A DNA stretch of 64,000 bases from an uncultured delta proteobacterium. GTDB lineage: Bacteria > Desulfobacterota > Binatia > Binatales > Binataceae. The stretch covers positions 64,001-128,000 of the forward strand of contig CAVQEQ010000002.1 in the NCBI GenBank assembly GCA_963711565.1. The letters run 5' to 3'. This document shows positions 31,069-40,310 of this stretch, in pieces. The translations under genes and the position numbers were made by a program. How positions within the stretch are numbered: position 1 is the stretch's first letter; each line of letters opens with the position of its first letter. The notes below the pieces were generated by a model. That model had not been told where the DNA came from, ran no database searches, and was given only the letters and a program-made list of their open reading frames with translations.

Positions 31069-31152
31069 TGTGTCATTCAGAGCGAAAGTTGCTGTAGCGA
31101 AGAATCCCGGCTCTTCGTCTTTGTGTCATTCTAGAGCGAAGCGAAGAATCCC
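31069..31152 (+). repeat. two family D repeats (GTCATTC..GAGCGAA..GCGAAGAATCCC)
   Basis: Tandem copies at 31069-31108 and 31122-31152. Confidence 0.7.
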
Positions 31153-31166
31153 GATTCCTGAATTTG

Positions 31167-31220
31167 CCTCGCCCGTTGAGGGGAGAGGCCGCCGCGCGTC
31201 CGCGCGCGTCGGGTGAGGGA
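31167..31220 (+). repeat. REP-like family C copy 1
   Basis: CCTCGCCC..GGGAGAGG..GGGTGAGGG, related to 41729-41796 and 59243-59309. Confidence 0.65.
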
Positions 31221-31297
31221 CCGAATTCGCAGAGATTGGAATGTACGCTGCGTTTCTAACGCGTGCTCGGGAGAACCTTGACCTACTACGAGCCCGC

Positions 31298-31501
31298 TCA
31301 AGTCTCGCCTCTTTCGGGCAAAATTGAAGCGAGATCGTCCTCTATGTCCAATCCGTGTTGAGCGGCAAGCGTCGCAATGTGTACTCCAAAAATCCCGCGC
31401 ATCTCTCCAAGCGCGATCTCAGCCTCGGGCGGATTCCAAGAGACCCCGAATACGGGACTGCTTATTCCCGTGAGTCTGGTCAGCACTTCCTTGAACTTCA
31501 T
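31298..31501 (-). pseudogene. internally deleted DUF6650-like gene
   Basis: N-terminus (RLTGISSPVFGVSWNPPE) joined directly to C-terminus (ALGEMRGIFGVHIA..LASILP); family recalled from memory. Confidence 0.5.
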
Positions 31502-31594
31502 CAGTTCCCTTCCACACGGCGTAAAGAAGCGTAGTCCTCGCGAGCCAAATCATTCACGGGCGCCCAGCAGTATCGAGTCGTTTCGCTAGCATGC

Positions 31595-31753
31595 TCAAAA
31601 ACGGTCATCGTAGGCTGCCTGGCAGTCCCAGAACTCGGAGAAGAGAGTCTGGCAGCGGGTCAACTTCTCGATTCCGCGATCGATTTCCTCTTCTGAATCG
31701 AAACGCTTGATTTCCGCGAAGGAGGGCTGTGTTTGTTTGACTGATTTAGGCAT
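31595..31753 (-). pseudogene. short ORF, probable 5' fragment of an accessory gene
   Basis: MPKSVKQ..SEEEIDRGIEKL..F*, 52 aa, in lower-GC DNA. Confidence 0.3.
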
Positions 31754-31790
31754 CTTAGTACCCTCGGTACGTCACACGGAGACGATAACA

Positions 31791-31807
31791 TCGGCTACAA
31801 CGAATAG
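31791..31807 (+). repeat. duplicate of iclR 3' end
   Basis: TCGGCTACAACGAATAG versus TCGGCTACAACGAGTAA at 30931-30947; both read GYNE*. Confidence 0.7.
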
Positions 31808-31958
31808 GCAGGCTTTGCGCGGCGACCCCTCCATTAGTATGGTTTGACTGGCTGATGGTCCACTGTTAGAAAATTTGCGTTTGTCGGCTCTATTCCCTGG
31901 GCAACCTCATCGTTCCAGATCAATCGATGCATGAACGAATGCGTGGAGTTATAAGGCT

Positions 31959-32705
31959 TTGAAAATCCTGGTTCCAATCAAACGAGTCCCCGATCCCGCG
32001 ACCACTATCCGCGTGCTGCCCGACGGCACCGGCATCGCCACCGACAATGTCAAATGGGTGATCAACCCGTTCTGCGAAATCGCCATCGAAGAGGCGCTCC
32101 GCATTAAGGAGAAGCAGACCGGCGAGGTCATCCTCGTCACCGTCGGCCAGTCCACCTGGCAGGAGCAATTGCGCACCGGGCTCGCGATGGGCGCCGATCG
32201 CGCGATCCTGGTCAAGACGGACACCGCGCTCGACTCGCTCGCCATCGCGCGAATCCTCGCGAAAATCGCCGGCGACGAGAAGCCCGACCTCATTATATTG
32301 GGCAAGCAGGCGATCGACGACGACTCGAACCAGGTCGGCCAGATGCTGGCCGAGATGCTCGGATGGCCGCAGGCGACGTTCGCGTCCAAGGTCGAGATAA
32401 CGCCCGAGAAGACGTCGGTCGTGCGCGAAGTGGACGGCGGCCTCGAGACGATCGCGTTCAAGCTGCCTGCCGTCATCACCACCGACCTGCGCCTCAACGA
32501 GCCGCGCTACGCATCGCTGCCGGGAATCATGAAGGCGCGCAAGAAAGAATTGAAAGAGGTCGCGGCCGACAGCCTCGGCGTCGATCTCGCTCCCAAGCTT
32601 AAGATAAAAACGATGGCTGCGCCGCCCAAGCGCCAGGCCGGGCGCAAGGTCGCGTCGGTGCAGGAGCTGGTCGCAGTCCTTCACACCGAAGCCAAGGTCA
32701 TTTGA
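31959..32705 (+). CDS. etfB: electron transfer flavoprotein beta subunit
   Basis: KRVPD, INPFCEIAIEEA, GKQAIDDD, LNEPRYASLP. Confidence 0.93.
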   Translation: MKILVPIKRVPDPATTIRVLPDGTGIATDNVKWVINPFCEIAIEEALRIKEKQTGEVILVTVGQSTWQEQLRTGLAMGADRAILVKTDTALDSLAIARILAKIAGDEKPDLIILGKQAIDDDSNQVGQMLAEMLGWPQATFASKVEITPEKTSVVREVDGGLETIAFKLPAVITTDLRLNEPRYASLPGIMKARKKELKEVAADSLGVDLAPKLKIKTMAAPPKRQAGRKVASVQELVAVLHTEAKVI

Positions 32706-32744
32706 AAAACGATTCTTACGTTCACGATTCCGGAGTGAATTGAA

Positions 32745-33719
32745 ATGGGTGACGTTCTGATTTTCGCGGAGCATCAGGGGGGACATTTCCCCAAGACCAC
32801 GCTGGTCGCCGTTCACGCGGGCCTCGACCTGGCAAAAAAGCGCGGCGGTAAGGCGATCGCGGTCGTCGCGGGCGACGCGCCCGAGGCTGCGGCGGGCGAG
32901 ATCGCCAAGTACGGCGTCGCCAAGGTGATCGCGCTGGCGCATCCCGCGCTGAAGAACTATCTCGCCGACGCGCACGCGCAAGCGCTCGCGGCGCTGGCGA
33001 AAAACGAAAATGCGGAATTCGTGCTCGCGACGGCGACTGCGATGGGCAAAGACTTGTTTCCGCGGCTGGCCGCGCGCCTCGGCGCGCCGATGGCCTCGGA
33101 AATCACCGCGATCAGTGACGATCACACCTTCGTGCGTCCGACTTACGCCGGCAACGTGATGGCGACGGTCGAGCTCGACGGACCGATCAAAGTATTGACG
33201 GTGCGCGGCACCGCGTTCGATGCCGCCAAGCCGGGCGACGCCGCCGCTCCCGTCGAAAAGCAGAATGCCGAGATCGACGCGGGCGCGCTCAAGATGGAAT
33301 TCGTTTCATTCAACGCGACCAAGAGCGATCGCCCGCAGCTAACCGAGGCGCGAATAATCGTTTCGGGCGGACGCGGCCTCAAGTCGGGCGAGAACTTCAA
33401 GACCGTGCTCGAGCCGTTGGTTGACGAGATGGGCGCCGCGATGGGCGCGTCGCGCGCGGCGGTCGATGCGGGCTTCGTGCCTAACGACCTGCAAGTTGGG
33501 CAGACCGGCAAGGTCGTCGCGCCAGAACTTTACATCGCCGTTGGAATTTCAGGCGCGATTCAGCATCTGGCCGGGATGAAGGACTCGAAGGTCATCTGCG
33601 CGATCAACAAGGACGAAGAGGCGCCGATTTTCGCGGTCGCGGACTATGGTCTGGTCGCCGACTTGTTCAAAGCAGTCCCCGAGATGGCCGAGGAAATCAA
33701 AAAACTCAAGCATTCGTAG
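32745..33719 (+). CDS. etfA: electron transfer flavoprotein alpha subunit
   Basis: VSGGRG, ASRAAVDAG, QVGQTGK, GISGAIQH. Confidence 0.93.
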   Translation: MGDVLIFAEHQGGHFPKTTLVAVHAGLDLAKKRGGKAIAVVAGDAPEAAAGEIAKYGVAKVIALAHPALKNYLADAHAQALAALAKNENAEFVLATATAMGKDLFPRLAARLGAPMASEITAISDDHTFVRPTYAGNVMATVELDGPIKVLTVRGTAFDAAKPGDAAAPVEKQNAEIDAGALKMEFVSFNATKSDRPQLTEARIIVSGGRGLKSGENFKTVLEPLVDEMGAAMGASRAAVDAGFVPNDLQVGQTGKVVAPELYIAVGISGAIQHLAGMKDSKVICAINKDEEAPIFAVADYGLVADLFKAVPEMAEEIKKLKHS

Positions 33720-33800
33720 CCCGCAATCGACGCAACCACCCGTCTGCACAGCCTTCTCCACGATCTATATTTTCGTAGGAAACAATAGTAGAATCTTTGG

Positions 33801-34061
33801 ATGCAGATATCAGCTCAAATCTCCAAAGAGACCAAGGTCCGACTGGAGACCTATTCGCGCGCTCACGGGATCAAGAAACAGTTCCTGATCGAAACCGCGT
33901 TGTTGCAGTTCCTTCGCGCTCTCGACGAGCTTCCGGCCAACATCATGCTGCCTTCCCGCCTGATCGTAACAGAACGCAGTGGCCGCAGGGTGGCAAGCTT
34001 GATTTCCGGCAAGCGCAAGCCCACCCGCGCTCTCGTGGAACTTATGCGCGGTGACGATTGA
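33801..34061 (+). CDS. RHH-type antitoxin
   Basis: QISAQIS N-terminal strand; KPTRALVELM tail; overlaps the GNAT toxin. Confidence 0.7.
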   Translation: MQISAQISKETKVRLETYSRAHGIKKQFLIETALLQFLRALDELPANIMLPSRLIVTERSGRRVASLISGKRKPTRALVELMRGDD

Positions 34062-34587
34062 GATACGGCTGCTGGAGCAGGCAGACGATCGGAAATCATT
34101 TCACTCGGGCGACGCTGATCTCGACCGCTTTTTTCAGAAATATGCCTGGCAGAATCAGTTCAGGCATCATATCGGAAGTACCTATGTAGCCATTGAGCGA
34201 CACCGTGTCCTCGGTTTTATGACGCTGTCGGTCAGCAGTATCGAGTTCGAAAGCCTTCGCGCCGATCTTAAGAGAAAGCTGCCGAGATATCCCCTTCCCG
34301 TTCTAAGATTGGCGCGCCTTGCTGTCAGCCAGGACGCGCAGGGCCAAGGTATCGGACGACACCTGATGCGAGCCGCGTTTGTGATGGCAATCGATCTTCG
34401 AGAAAAGTTTGGTTGCGTCGGAGTGGTCGTCGATGCGAAGCGCGACGCCGAGAGTTTTTACTCGAGCCTTGGCTTCGAACCGCTCGAAGTGATCGAAGGT
34501 CAGATAGAAGAAAAGCCGGCGCCAACGGCGATGTTCCTGCCAATCCGCGAAGTAGCGCAGGCAATCAAGGTCGCGCCAACACGCTGA
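34051..34587 (+). CDS. GNAT acetyltransferase toxin
   Basis: FHSGDADLDRF, RYPLPVLRLARLAV, QGQGIG, VVDAK. Confidence 0.85.
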   Translation: MTIEIRLLEQADDRKSFHSGDADLDRFFQKYAWQNQFRHHIGSTYVAIERHRVLGFMTLSVSSIEFESLRADLKRKLPRYPLPVLRLARLAVSQDAQGQGIGRHLMRAAFVMAIDLREKFGCVGVVVDAKRDAESFYSSLGFEPLEVIEGQIEEKPAPTAMFLPIREVAQAIKVAPTR

Positions 34588-34643
34588 TTCACGTTGGCAC
34601 CATTGGCAATCCCGTGTAGATTCCGGGACAGAGGAACCTCCCC

Positions 34644-35603
34644 ATGTCCGACCTTCAACACAAATTCGTCAACACTAACGGCATCCGGATGCATTACGTC
34701 GAGCAGGGCGCGGGGCCGCTCGTCGTGCTGTGCCATGGATGGCCCGAGTCATGGTACTCGTGGCGGCATCAGATTCCCGCGCTCGCGGCGGCGGGCTTTC
34801 GTGTCGTCGCGCCCGACCAACGCGGCTACGGCCAGACCGACGCGCCGGCGCCGATCGAGTCGTACAACATCCTGAACCTGGTCGGCGATATCGTCGGGCT
34901 GGTCAACAGCCTCGGTGTCGAGTCGGCGGTGATAGCAGGTCACGATTGGGGCGCGCCGGTGGCGTGGAACTCGGCGCTGCTGCGTCCCGATATCTTTCGC
35001 GCGATCGCGTTGCTGAGCGTTCCGTATCTTCCGCGCGGTCCCATCCGTCCGACCGACGGGATGAAGATGCTCGCCGGCGATCAGCATTTCTACCAGCTCT
35101 ATTTCCAGGAGCCGGGCAAGGTCGAGAAGGAACTCGACGCCGACCCGCGCCGCTCGATGGCGATGGTCCTCTATTCCGCGTCGGGCGACGCACCGCGCGA
35201 CGGTGAGTTCTCGTTCCTGTTCCCCAAGACGAAAAAGTTCATCGAGACCGGGATGGTGCCCGACAAGCTGCCGCCGTGGCTGACGGAAGCCGATCTCGAT
35301 TTCTTTGCGGGCGAGTTCAAGCGTGCGGGCTTTCGTGGAGGCGTCAACTGGTATCGCAACGCCGATCGCAACTGGGAGCTGACGCCTTTCCTCGACGGCG
35401 CCAGGCTGCGCCAGCCCGCAGTGTTCGTCGCCGGCGAGCATGACGTGGTCGGCAAAATGATCCCCGGCGGCTATGAGTTGGCGGGCGCCTTCACTCCGAA
35501 TCTGAACAAGAAAGTGATAGTCCCCGGCGCCGGCCATTGGATCCAGCAAGAACGGCCCAAAGCGACCAACGAAGTCCTGATCGAGTTCCTGAAGAGTCTG
35601 TAG
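34644..35603 (+). CDS. epoxide hydrolase (EphA-like)
   Basis: HGWPE, GHDWGA, YQLYFQ, GHWIQQE. Confidence 0.92.
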   Translation: MSDLQHKFVNTNGIRMHYVEQGAGPLVVLCHGWPESWYSWRHQIPALAAAGFRVVAPDQRGYGQTDAPAPIESYNILNLVGDIVGLVNSLGVESAVIAGHDWGAPVAWNSALLRPDIFRAIALLSVPYLPRGPIRPTDGMKMLAGDQHFYQLYFQEPGKVEKELDADPRRSMAMVLYSASGDAPRDGEFSFLFPKTKKFIETGMVPDKLPPWLTEADLDFFAGEFKRAGFRGGVNWYRNADRNWELTPFLDGARLRQPAVFVAGEHDVVGKMIPGGYELAGAFTPNLNKKVIVPGAGHWIQQERPKATNEVLIEFLKSL

Positions 35604-35655
35604 TAAAACTTCTCCGTGGATTTCACCCTTCCTTGAGCAGGGGTAAGTCCTGCAC
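35603..35655 (+). repeat. degenerate REP family A copy 5
   Basis: CCGTGGATTTCACCCTTCCTTGAGCAGGGGTAAGTCCTGCAC. Confidence 0.65.
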
Positions 35656-35782
35656 TAGGCGGGGTCGAACCGAGCGCGTATACGTATTCATCGGGACGAA
35701 GGCCGCCCTGCAGCAGGCGGTCCGCAATCAAGACAAACGCAAACGCCTAAGCCGCCTCGCCGAACGTCTGCGAATCGACTGA
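35656..35782 (+). pseudogene. C-terminal remnant of RecD2-like helicase
   Basis: VFIGTKAALQQAVRN..RLSRLAERL resembles the RecD2 C-terminus. Confidence 0.55.
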
Positions 35783-35873
35783 GAGCCTCGTTGACTGCCT
35801 GTCGATGCAGGTTTAGCATTCGTCGAGTTGTAAAAGTTGAGTTTAGTTCTAGCTGACATGAAAGACAGGCAAA

Positions 35874-36344
35874 ATGAAGCGAAAAGCTAAGTGCAATATA
35901 TTTCTGCTGGCGGCAGCTGCGGCGATGCTGAACAGCTCATGCGCGACCCTCTTCAGCAGCGATAGCTCGGTGGTGCAGCTCAATTCCAATCCACTTGGGG
36001 CAACCTATACCTACGGTCCGTTCTCTGGAAAGACACCCGACTCAATCGCAGTGCCGAAAAAGGAAATCACCGGCTACGCGACCTTCGCGATGAATGGCTA
36101 TGAATCGCGGACGGTGCCGGTTCCTACCGGGATCACCGGCGTCTTCTGGGTCAATATCCTGTTCTGGCCCGGGATGATCGTCGATGTGGTTACGGGCGAC
36201 TATCAGACTATCAAGGTGCCCACGATTACCGCTGACCTCACTCCAGTTGCGCCTGGCGCCGCGGCTCCGGCGTCCACAGGCGGTGTTCCAGCGATACCTG
36301 CCCCTGCGCCGAGCGCTGCGCCGACGCCCGCGCCGCAGGGGTAG
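35874..36344 (+). CDS. putative lipoprotein
   Basis: Signal peptide, SSCATLF lipobox-like; upstream TTGACT-17-TAGCAT. Confidence 0.7.
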   Translation: MKRKAKCNIFLLAAAAAMLNSSCATLFSSDSSVVQLNSNPLGATYTYGPFSGKTPDSIAVPKKEITGYATFAMNGYESRTVPVPTGITGVFWVNILFWPGMIVDVVTGDYQTIKVPTITADLTPVAPGAAAPASTGGVPAIPAPAPSAAPTPAPQG

Positions 36345-36363
36345 GAGCGATCTCTGTGCGCGA

Positions 36364-36591
36364 TCATCGCGGTATCGAGTCCCACAGATCGCGGCGATGA
36401 ATCTTCGCGAAGTCCGATTGGTATCCGATCGCGTCCGGAGCCGGCGACAGGACTTGGTGATCGGTTGCGCTATAGCGGGTCCATTGCGGCAATCCGCCGG
36501 GATTGCCGGACGTGATGAATCCGATCCAATAGCCCATTATCGCGTCGGAGAGCTTTTGCTGTACGGCCGATGCAGCGCCGTTGGCCGCGAT
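36364..36591 (-). pseudogene. C-terminal remnant of type-B carboxylesterase
   Basis: QQKLSDAIMGYWIGFITSGNPGGLPQWTRY..DFAKIHRRDLWDS*. Confidence 0.7.
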
Positions 36592-36645
36592 GCGATGGGT
36601 TCCGCACTTCCTGGCTCACGGGTGACTCCTGCCCCCGGTGTTAAG
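36591..36645 (+). repeat. degenerate REP family A copy 6
   Basis: TGGGTTCCGCACTTCCTGGCTCACGGGTGACTCCTGCCCCCGGTGTTAAG. Confidence 0.55.
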
Positions 36646-36699
36646 AAAAAGAGGCGGGACTTGCCTGCCCGGCCGTGCATTTTTGTGTCATCTTGAGCC

Positions 36700-37995
36700 A
36701 TGCGGCTGACCGGCCTAATCACTTTTCTGTTCGTAGCTGCGATGCTCGTTGCTGGCAGCGTCGAGGTGCGCGCGCAGGTCGCTGCTTCGCCGTCGCCGGC
36801 CGTGTCGCCCATTCCCGAAGCCGCCGCGGAACTGAAGCCCGGGACGATTATTGGCGCCGACAATGTCGATCAGTACGCGCGCTATGTTCCGGCCGCGGCG
36901 AAATTTGCGGTCGCGCACGGGTTCAAGATGCGCGTTTTACCCGAGCGGCGCGTTGAATGGTCGCAGGGCTTTCAGCACGCCACAGAGAAATATGCCGCGC
37001 AGGTCACGCTCGACAAAGACGACTACGTTAAGAACTACGTCGCCGGCATGCCGTTTCCACTGGTGGACGCGACCGATCCGAAGGCAGCCGTGAAGATTGC
37101 TTACAACTGGCACATGGGACCGTTCATGCCGGACGATTTTTCCATTGCGCCGTGGAGCAGCAACGCGTACGGGGCCGATCCCGCCAACCCGCTGAAGATC
37201 GTTCCAGACAGCAACGCCGACTACGGCTGCGAGCAGTTCGAGTTCCTGCGCTTTGCCCATCGCACGGACGTCGATCCCCGCCCGACGCTTGGCGACAACT
37301 CGATGGGCGTCGAGTGGAAGGCGCGATGCACCCGCTGGATGACCGACATTACCGGCACTCCGAGCGAGGGCGCCGGCATCTGGGTTCGTTACCTCGACCC
37401 GAAGCAACCCGACGAGTTCTTCTCATTCAGCGAGGAGACGCGCCGCGTCCGGCACATGGCGGTGAACCTGGCCTATCCAGGCGAGAACTGCCGCGGATGC
37501 CATCAGCCCTATTGGGCCTACGCGCTGCCCAAGACCGAGAACTATGAGTATCGATTGCTCGGCACCACAACGCTCTTGGCATGCCTTGCGGCCGACGATG
37601 AACCGGCGGGATTTAAGACCGGCGCCGACGGCTTGACCCTGGGTGAGGAGCCGTTCGAGCTGCGTCACGCGTACATTCTCGAGATGCGGCCGCGATATCC
37701 CGAAAGCGGATCGTCGGCTCAACGGACGATCGTCTATATCGACAGCGAAGTGTACGTCTGGTTGGCCGCGGAGTTCTACAACGCGAGCGGCCTGACGGCG
37801 ACGGCGATGCCGCTGTGGCGGATGCGGCCGTCGTCGGAGGGCGGCAGCCTGTTCGATCTCGCCGGCAGTTTTTATCATCGCGAGGATACTGGCTCGCTCT
37901 TCCGCTCGCTGGTTCCAGCGCACAACGAATTCAATCAGGTGATCAACAGCGGCAACGTCACCGAAGGCACGTTCAATCCGCTGATGATGCACTGA
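36700..37995 (+). CDS. DUF1329-like secreted protein
   Basis: Signal peptide; ATEKY, NYVAGMPFP, AAVKIAYN, YIDSE. Confidence 0.8.
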   Translation: MRLTGLITFLFVAAMLVAGSVEVRAQVAASPSPAVSPIPEAAAELKPGTIIGADNVDQYARYVPAAAKFAVAHGFKMRVLPERRVEWSQGFQHATEKYAAQVTLDKDDYVKNYVAGMPFPLVDATDPKAAVKIAYNWHMGPFMPDDFSIAPWSSNAYGADPANPLKIVPDSNADYGCEQFEFLRFAHRTDVDPRPTLGDNSMGVEWKARCTRWMTDITGTPSEGAGIWVRYLDPKQPDEFFSFSEETRRVRHMAVNLAYPGENCRGCHQPYWAYALPKTENYEYRLLGTTTLLACLAADDEPAGFKTGADGLTLGEEPFELRHAYILEMRPRYPESGSSAQRTIVYIDSEVYVWLAAEFYNASGLTATAMPLWRMRPSSEGGSLFDLAGSFYHREDTGSLFRSLVPAHNEFNQVINSGNVTEGTFNPLMMH

Positions 37996-38124
37996 GGGCG
38001 GCGGCGTTTTCTCTGAATTTTCGATGTGTGACCGCCAGTCGAATTGTCGCGCGAAAATTCCCACTTGCCGCAACTCCGTCCCACCTATATAGCTCGGTTA
38101 GTACAAGTGGGGGGTTGCAGTGGT

Positions 38125-38394
38125 ATGCCGTACAAATATCCGTTTGATTCAGCCAGCGAAGAGCTGAAGCTGAGCGTATGGGCGAAGGGTAAGATAGCCG
38201 AGGGATACAACGGCAACTTCTATCGCCGCGATGCATTCGGCACCTGGATGCAGTACACCGCGCACGGCGATACGCTGTCTTACTTCGGTTGGGAGATCGA
38301 TCATATCCAGCCGCTCGAAAAAGGCGGGACCGACGACATCTCGAATCTTCAACCGCTCCAGTGGCAGAACCACCGCCGCAAGAATGGCTACTAA
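38125..38394 (+). CDS. small HNH endonuclease
   Basis: GWEIDHIQP..GGTDDISNLQPLQWQN. Confidence 0.85.
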   Translation: MPYKYPFDSASEELKLSVWAKGKIAEGYNGNFYRRDAFGTWMQYTAHGDTLSYFGWEIDHIQPLEKGGTDDISNLQPLQWQNHRRKNGY

Positions 38395-38395
38395 C

Positions 38396-38479
38396 CATCC
38401 GTTTCGCACGATGGACAACGTCACCGTCACCCCCCATCTGGGATACGTGACGCGCGAGTCGCTGACGGCGGCGAGGTAA
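38396..38479 (+). pseudogene. fragment of D-2-hydroxyacid dehydrogenase
   Basis: HPFRTMDNVTVTPHLGYVT (catalytic TPH motif). Confidence 0.7.
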
Positions 38480-38553
38480 GACAGGTTGATTCGCGCCAAC
38501 TGCGCAGTTATTTTCAATTTCATCTTTGACAGAAGAGGCTAAGGGTTTGCGGA

Positions 38554-38636
38554 AGTAACTACTCCATCGTTCGTGTCTTCGGACAACCGCTCGCGCGAAT
38601 ATTTTTGCGCGCGCTCATTTTGGTGGAGCAGTTACT
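38554..38636 (+). promoter_or_regulatory. structured 5' UTR sequestering the ABC-F ribosome binding site
   Basis: AGTAACT-A-CTCCATC pairs with GGTGGAG-C-AGTTACT; inner cUUCGg hairpin. Confidence 0.6.
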
Positions 38637-40145
38637 ATGTTCGTGCGACTTTCAGGTCTCTCTTTTTCATATAGCGATTCCGTTTCCACTCTTAACAACG
38701 TCATGCTTACGCTCGCGACCGGATGGACCGGAGTGGTCGGGCCCAACGGCAGTGGCAAGACTACTCTGCTGCGGCTGATCGCGGGCGAGCTGGCGCCTGC
38801 GGCCGGCCATGTCAATCTCGATCCGCCGCGCGGCGTGATTCGCGCGTGTGCGCAGACCGTCGAGGCGATGACGCCCGAGATTGCCGCGTTTGCGCGCGCG
38901 ACCGACGGCGTCGCGCGCCGAATCCACGGCGAGTTGCGCCTCGACGCCGCTTCACTTGCGCGATGGCCGACGTTGTCGCCAGGCGAGCGCAAGCGATGGC
39001 AGGTCGGTGCAGCGCTCGGCGCGGAACCTGCCGTGCTGATGCTCGACGAACCGACCGACCATCTTGATGTAGAAGCGCGCGAGCTGCTGATCGCGGGCCT
39101 CCAGCGCTTTCGCGGCGTTGGAATAATCGTCTCGCATGATCGCGCGCTGCTCGATCGAATCACTCGGTACACGGTGCGTGTCCACGACGGCGCGGCGCGC
39201 ATCTGGCGCGGCGGCTACTCCGACGCGAAGGTCGCGTGGGAGGCCGCGGAGCGCGAGCATCACGCGGAGTACGAGCGGCTGAAGCATCAGCGCGAGAACC
39301 TCGCGCGGCGGCTCGCCGACAAACGGCGCCTCGCAATGTCGGCCGAAGCCGAGGCAAACGCCGGCACGCGCAAGCGGATGAAGTTCCGCGGCGATCACGA
39401 CGCCACCAGCGCGCGGGCGAAGGGCAAGGCGCGGATGGCGTCGGAAAGAATCTCGCGCGACGCGGCGGTGCTGCGAGCGAGCGTCGATCGCGTGTCGAAC
39501 AAGCTCGGCGAGTACAAGTTCCGCAAAGCGAAGGGACGCTCGATCTTCGTTGACTACGTCCCGGCGCCCGTGGCGAAAGTCTTCACGCTCGACCAGGCAG
39601 CGATATGCGCGGGCGATGCGCCAATCCTCGAAGACGTGCATCTCGCGGTGCTGCGCGACGCGAAGATTCGCGTCGCCGGCCCGAATGGAATCGGCAAGAC
39701 TACCTTCCTGGCCGCGATGATCCGCGGCGCGCATGTCGCCTTGTCGCGTATTCTCTACCTGCCGCAGGAACTCACCGCGCGCGATGGGATCGCGATGCTC
39801 GACGCGGTCCGCGCGCTCAACCATGGCGATCGCGGGCGCGTGCTCACCCTGGTCGCGTCGCTCGGAATCGATCCCGACAGGTTGCTCGAGTCTGCGTCGC
39901 CGAGTCCCGGCGAAGCGCGCAAGCTCGCGATGGCGTACGGTCTCGGGCGGCAGGTGTGGGCGATGGTGCTCGACGAGCCGACCAACCATCTCGACATGCC
40001 GGCGATCGAACGGCTCGAGGAAGCGCTGGTGGAGTATCCGGGCGCGATGGTGATCGTGACGCATGACGACGCACTGGCCAAGCGTTGCACAAGCATCGAG
40101 TGGCGGCTGGAAGGGGGGAGGGTCGAGGTGAGATCTCCTTGCTAG
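38637..40145 (+). CDS. ABC-F family ATPase (ribosome-protection-like)
   Basis: Two NBDs (GPNGSGKT/LDEPTDHLD; GPNGIGKT/LDEPTNHLD), long basic linker, no TM segments. Confidence 0.85.
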   Translation: MFVRLSGLSFSYSDSVSTLNNVMLTLATGWTGVVGPNGSGKTTLLRLIAGELAPAAGHVNLDPPRGVIRACAQTVEAMTPEIAAFARATDGVARRIHGELRLDAASLARWPTLSPGERKRWQVGAALGAEPAVLMLDEPTDHLDVEARELLIAGLQRFRGVGIIVSHDRALLDRITRYTVRVHDGAARIWRGGYSDAKVAWEAAEREHHAEYERLKHQRENLARRLADKRRLAMSAEAEANAGTRKRMKFRGDHDATSARAKGKARMASERISRDAAVLRASVDRVSNKLGEYKFRKAKGRSIFVDYVPAPVAKVFTLDQAAICAGDAPILEDVHLAVLRDAKIRVAGPNGIGKTTFLAAMIRGAHVALSRILYLPQELTARDGIAMLDAVRALNHGDRGRVLTLVASLGIDPDRLLESASPSPGEARKLAMAYGLGRQVWAMVLDEPTNHLDMPAIERLEEALVEYPGAMVIVTHDDALAKRCTSIEWRLEGGRVEVRSPC

Positions 40146-40221
40146 CCGCTCGCGCTCAGGAGAGTTCCGCGTAGCGTCGGAGGTGCTGCAGAGAACAATC
40201 ACCTGCGCGGCGGGGGAAGAT

Positions 40222-40310
40222 GCGGGGCTCCTCGCCCCGCGCCCTCGGCAGGGGTGACCCCTGCACCCACTGTGAAGCGCAAAGTTGCGCGCAGCGCGCT
40301 ACTTTGCGCT
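40222..40310 (+). repeat. REP family A variant copy 7
   Basis: Core hairpin with a different 5' hairpin and a 3' CAAAGT..ACTTTG hairpin. Confidence 0.75.

Noticed and set aside
40156-40220. Possible acyl-CoA dehydrogenase tail (HLRRYAELS*) on the minus strand next to REP copy 7
   Set aside because: Too short to assign without a search, although it would fit the remnant pattern.
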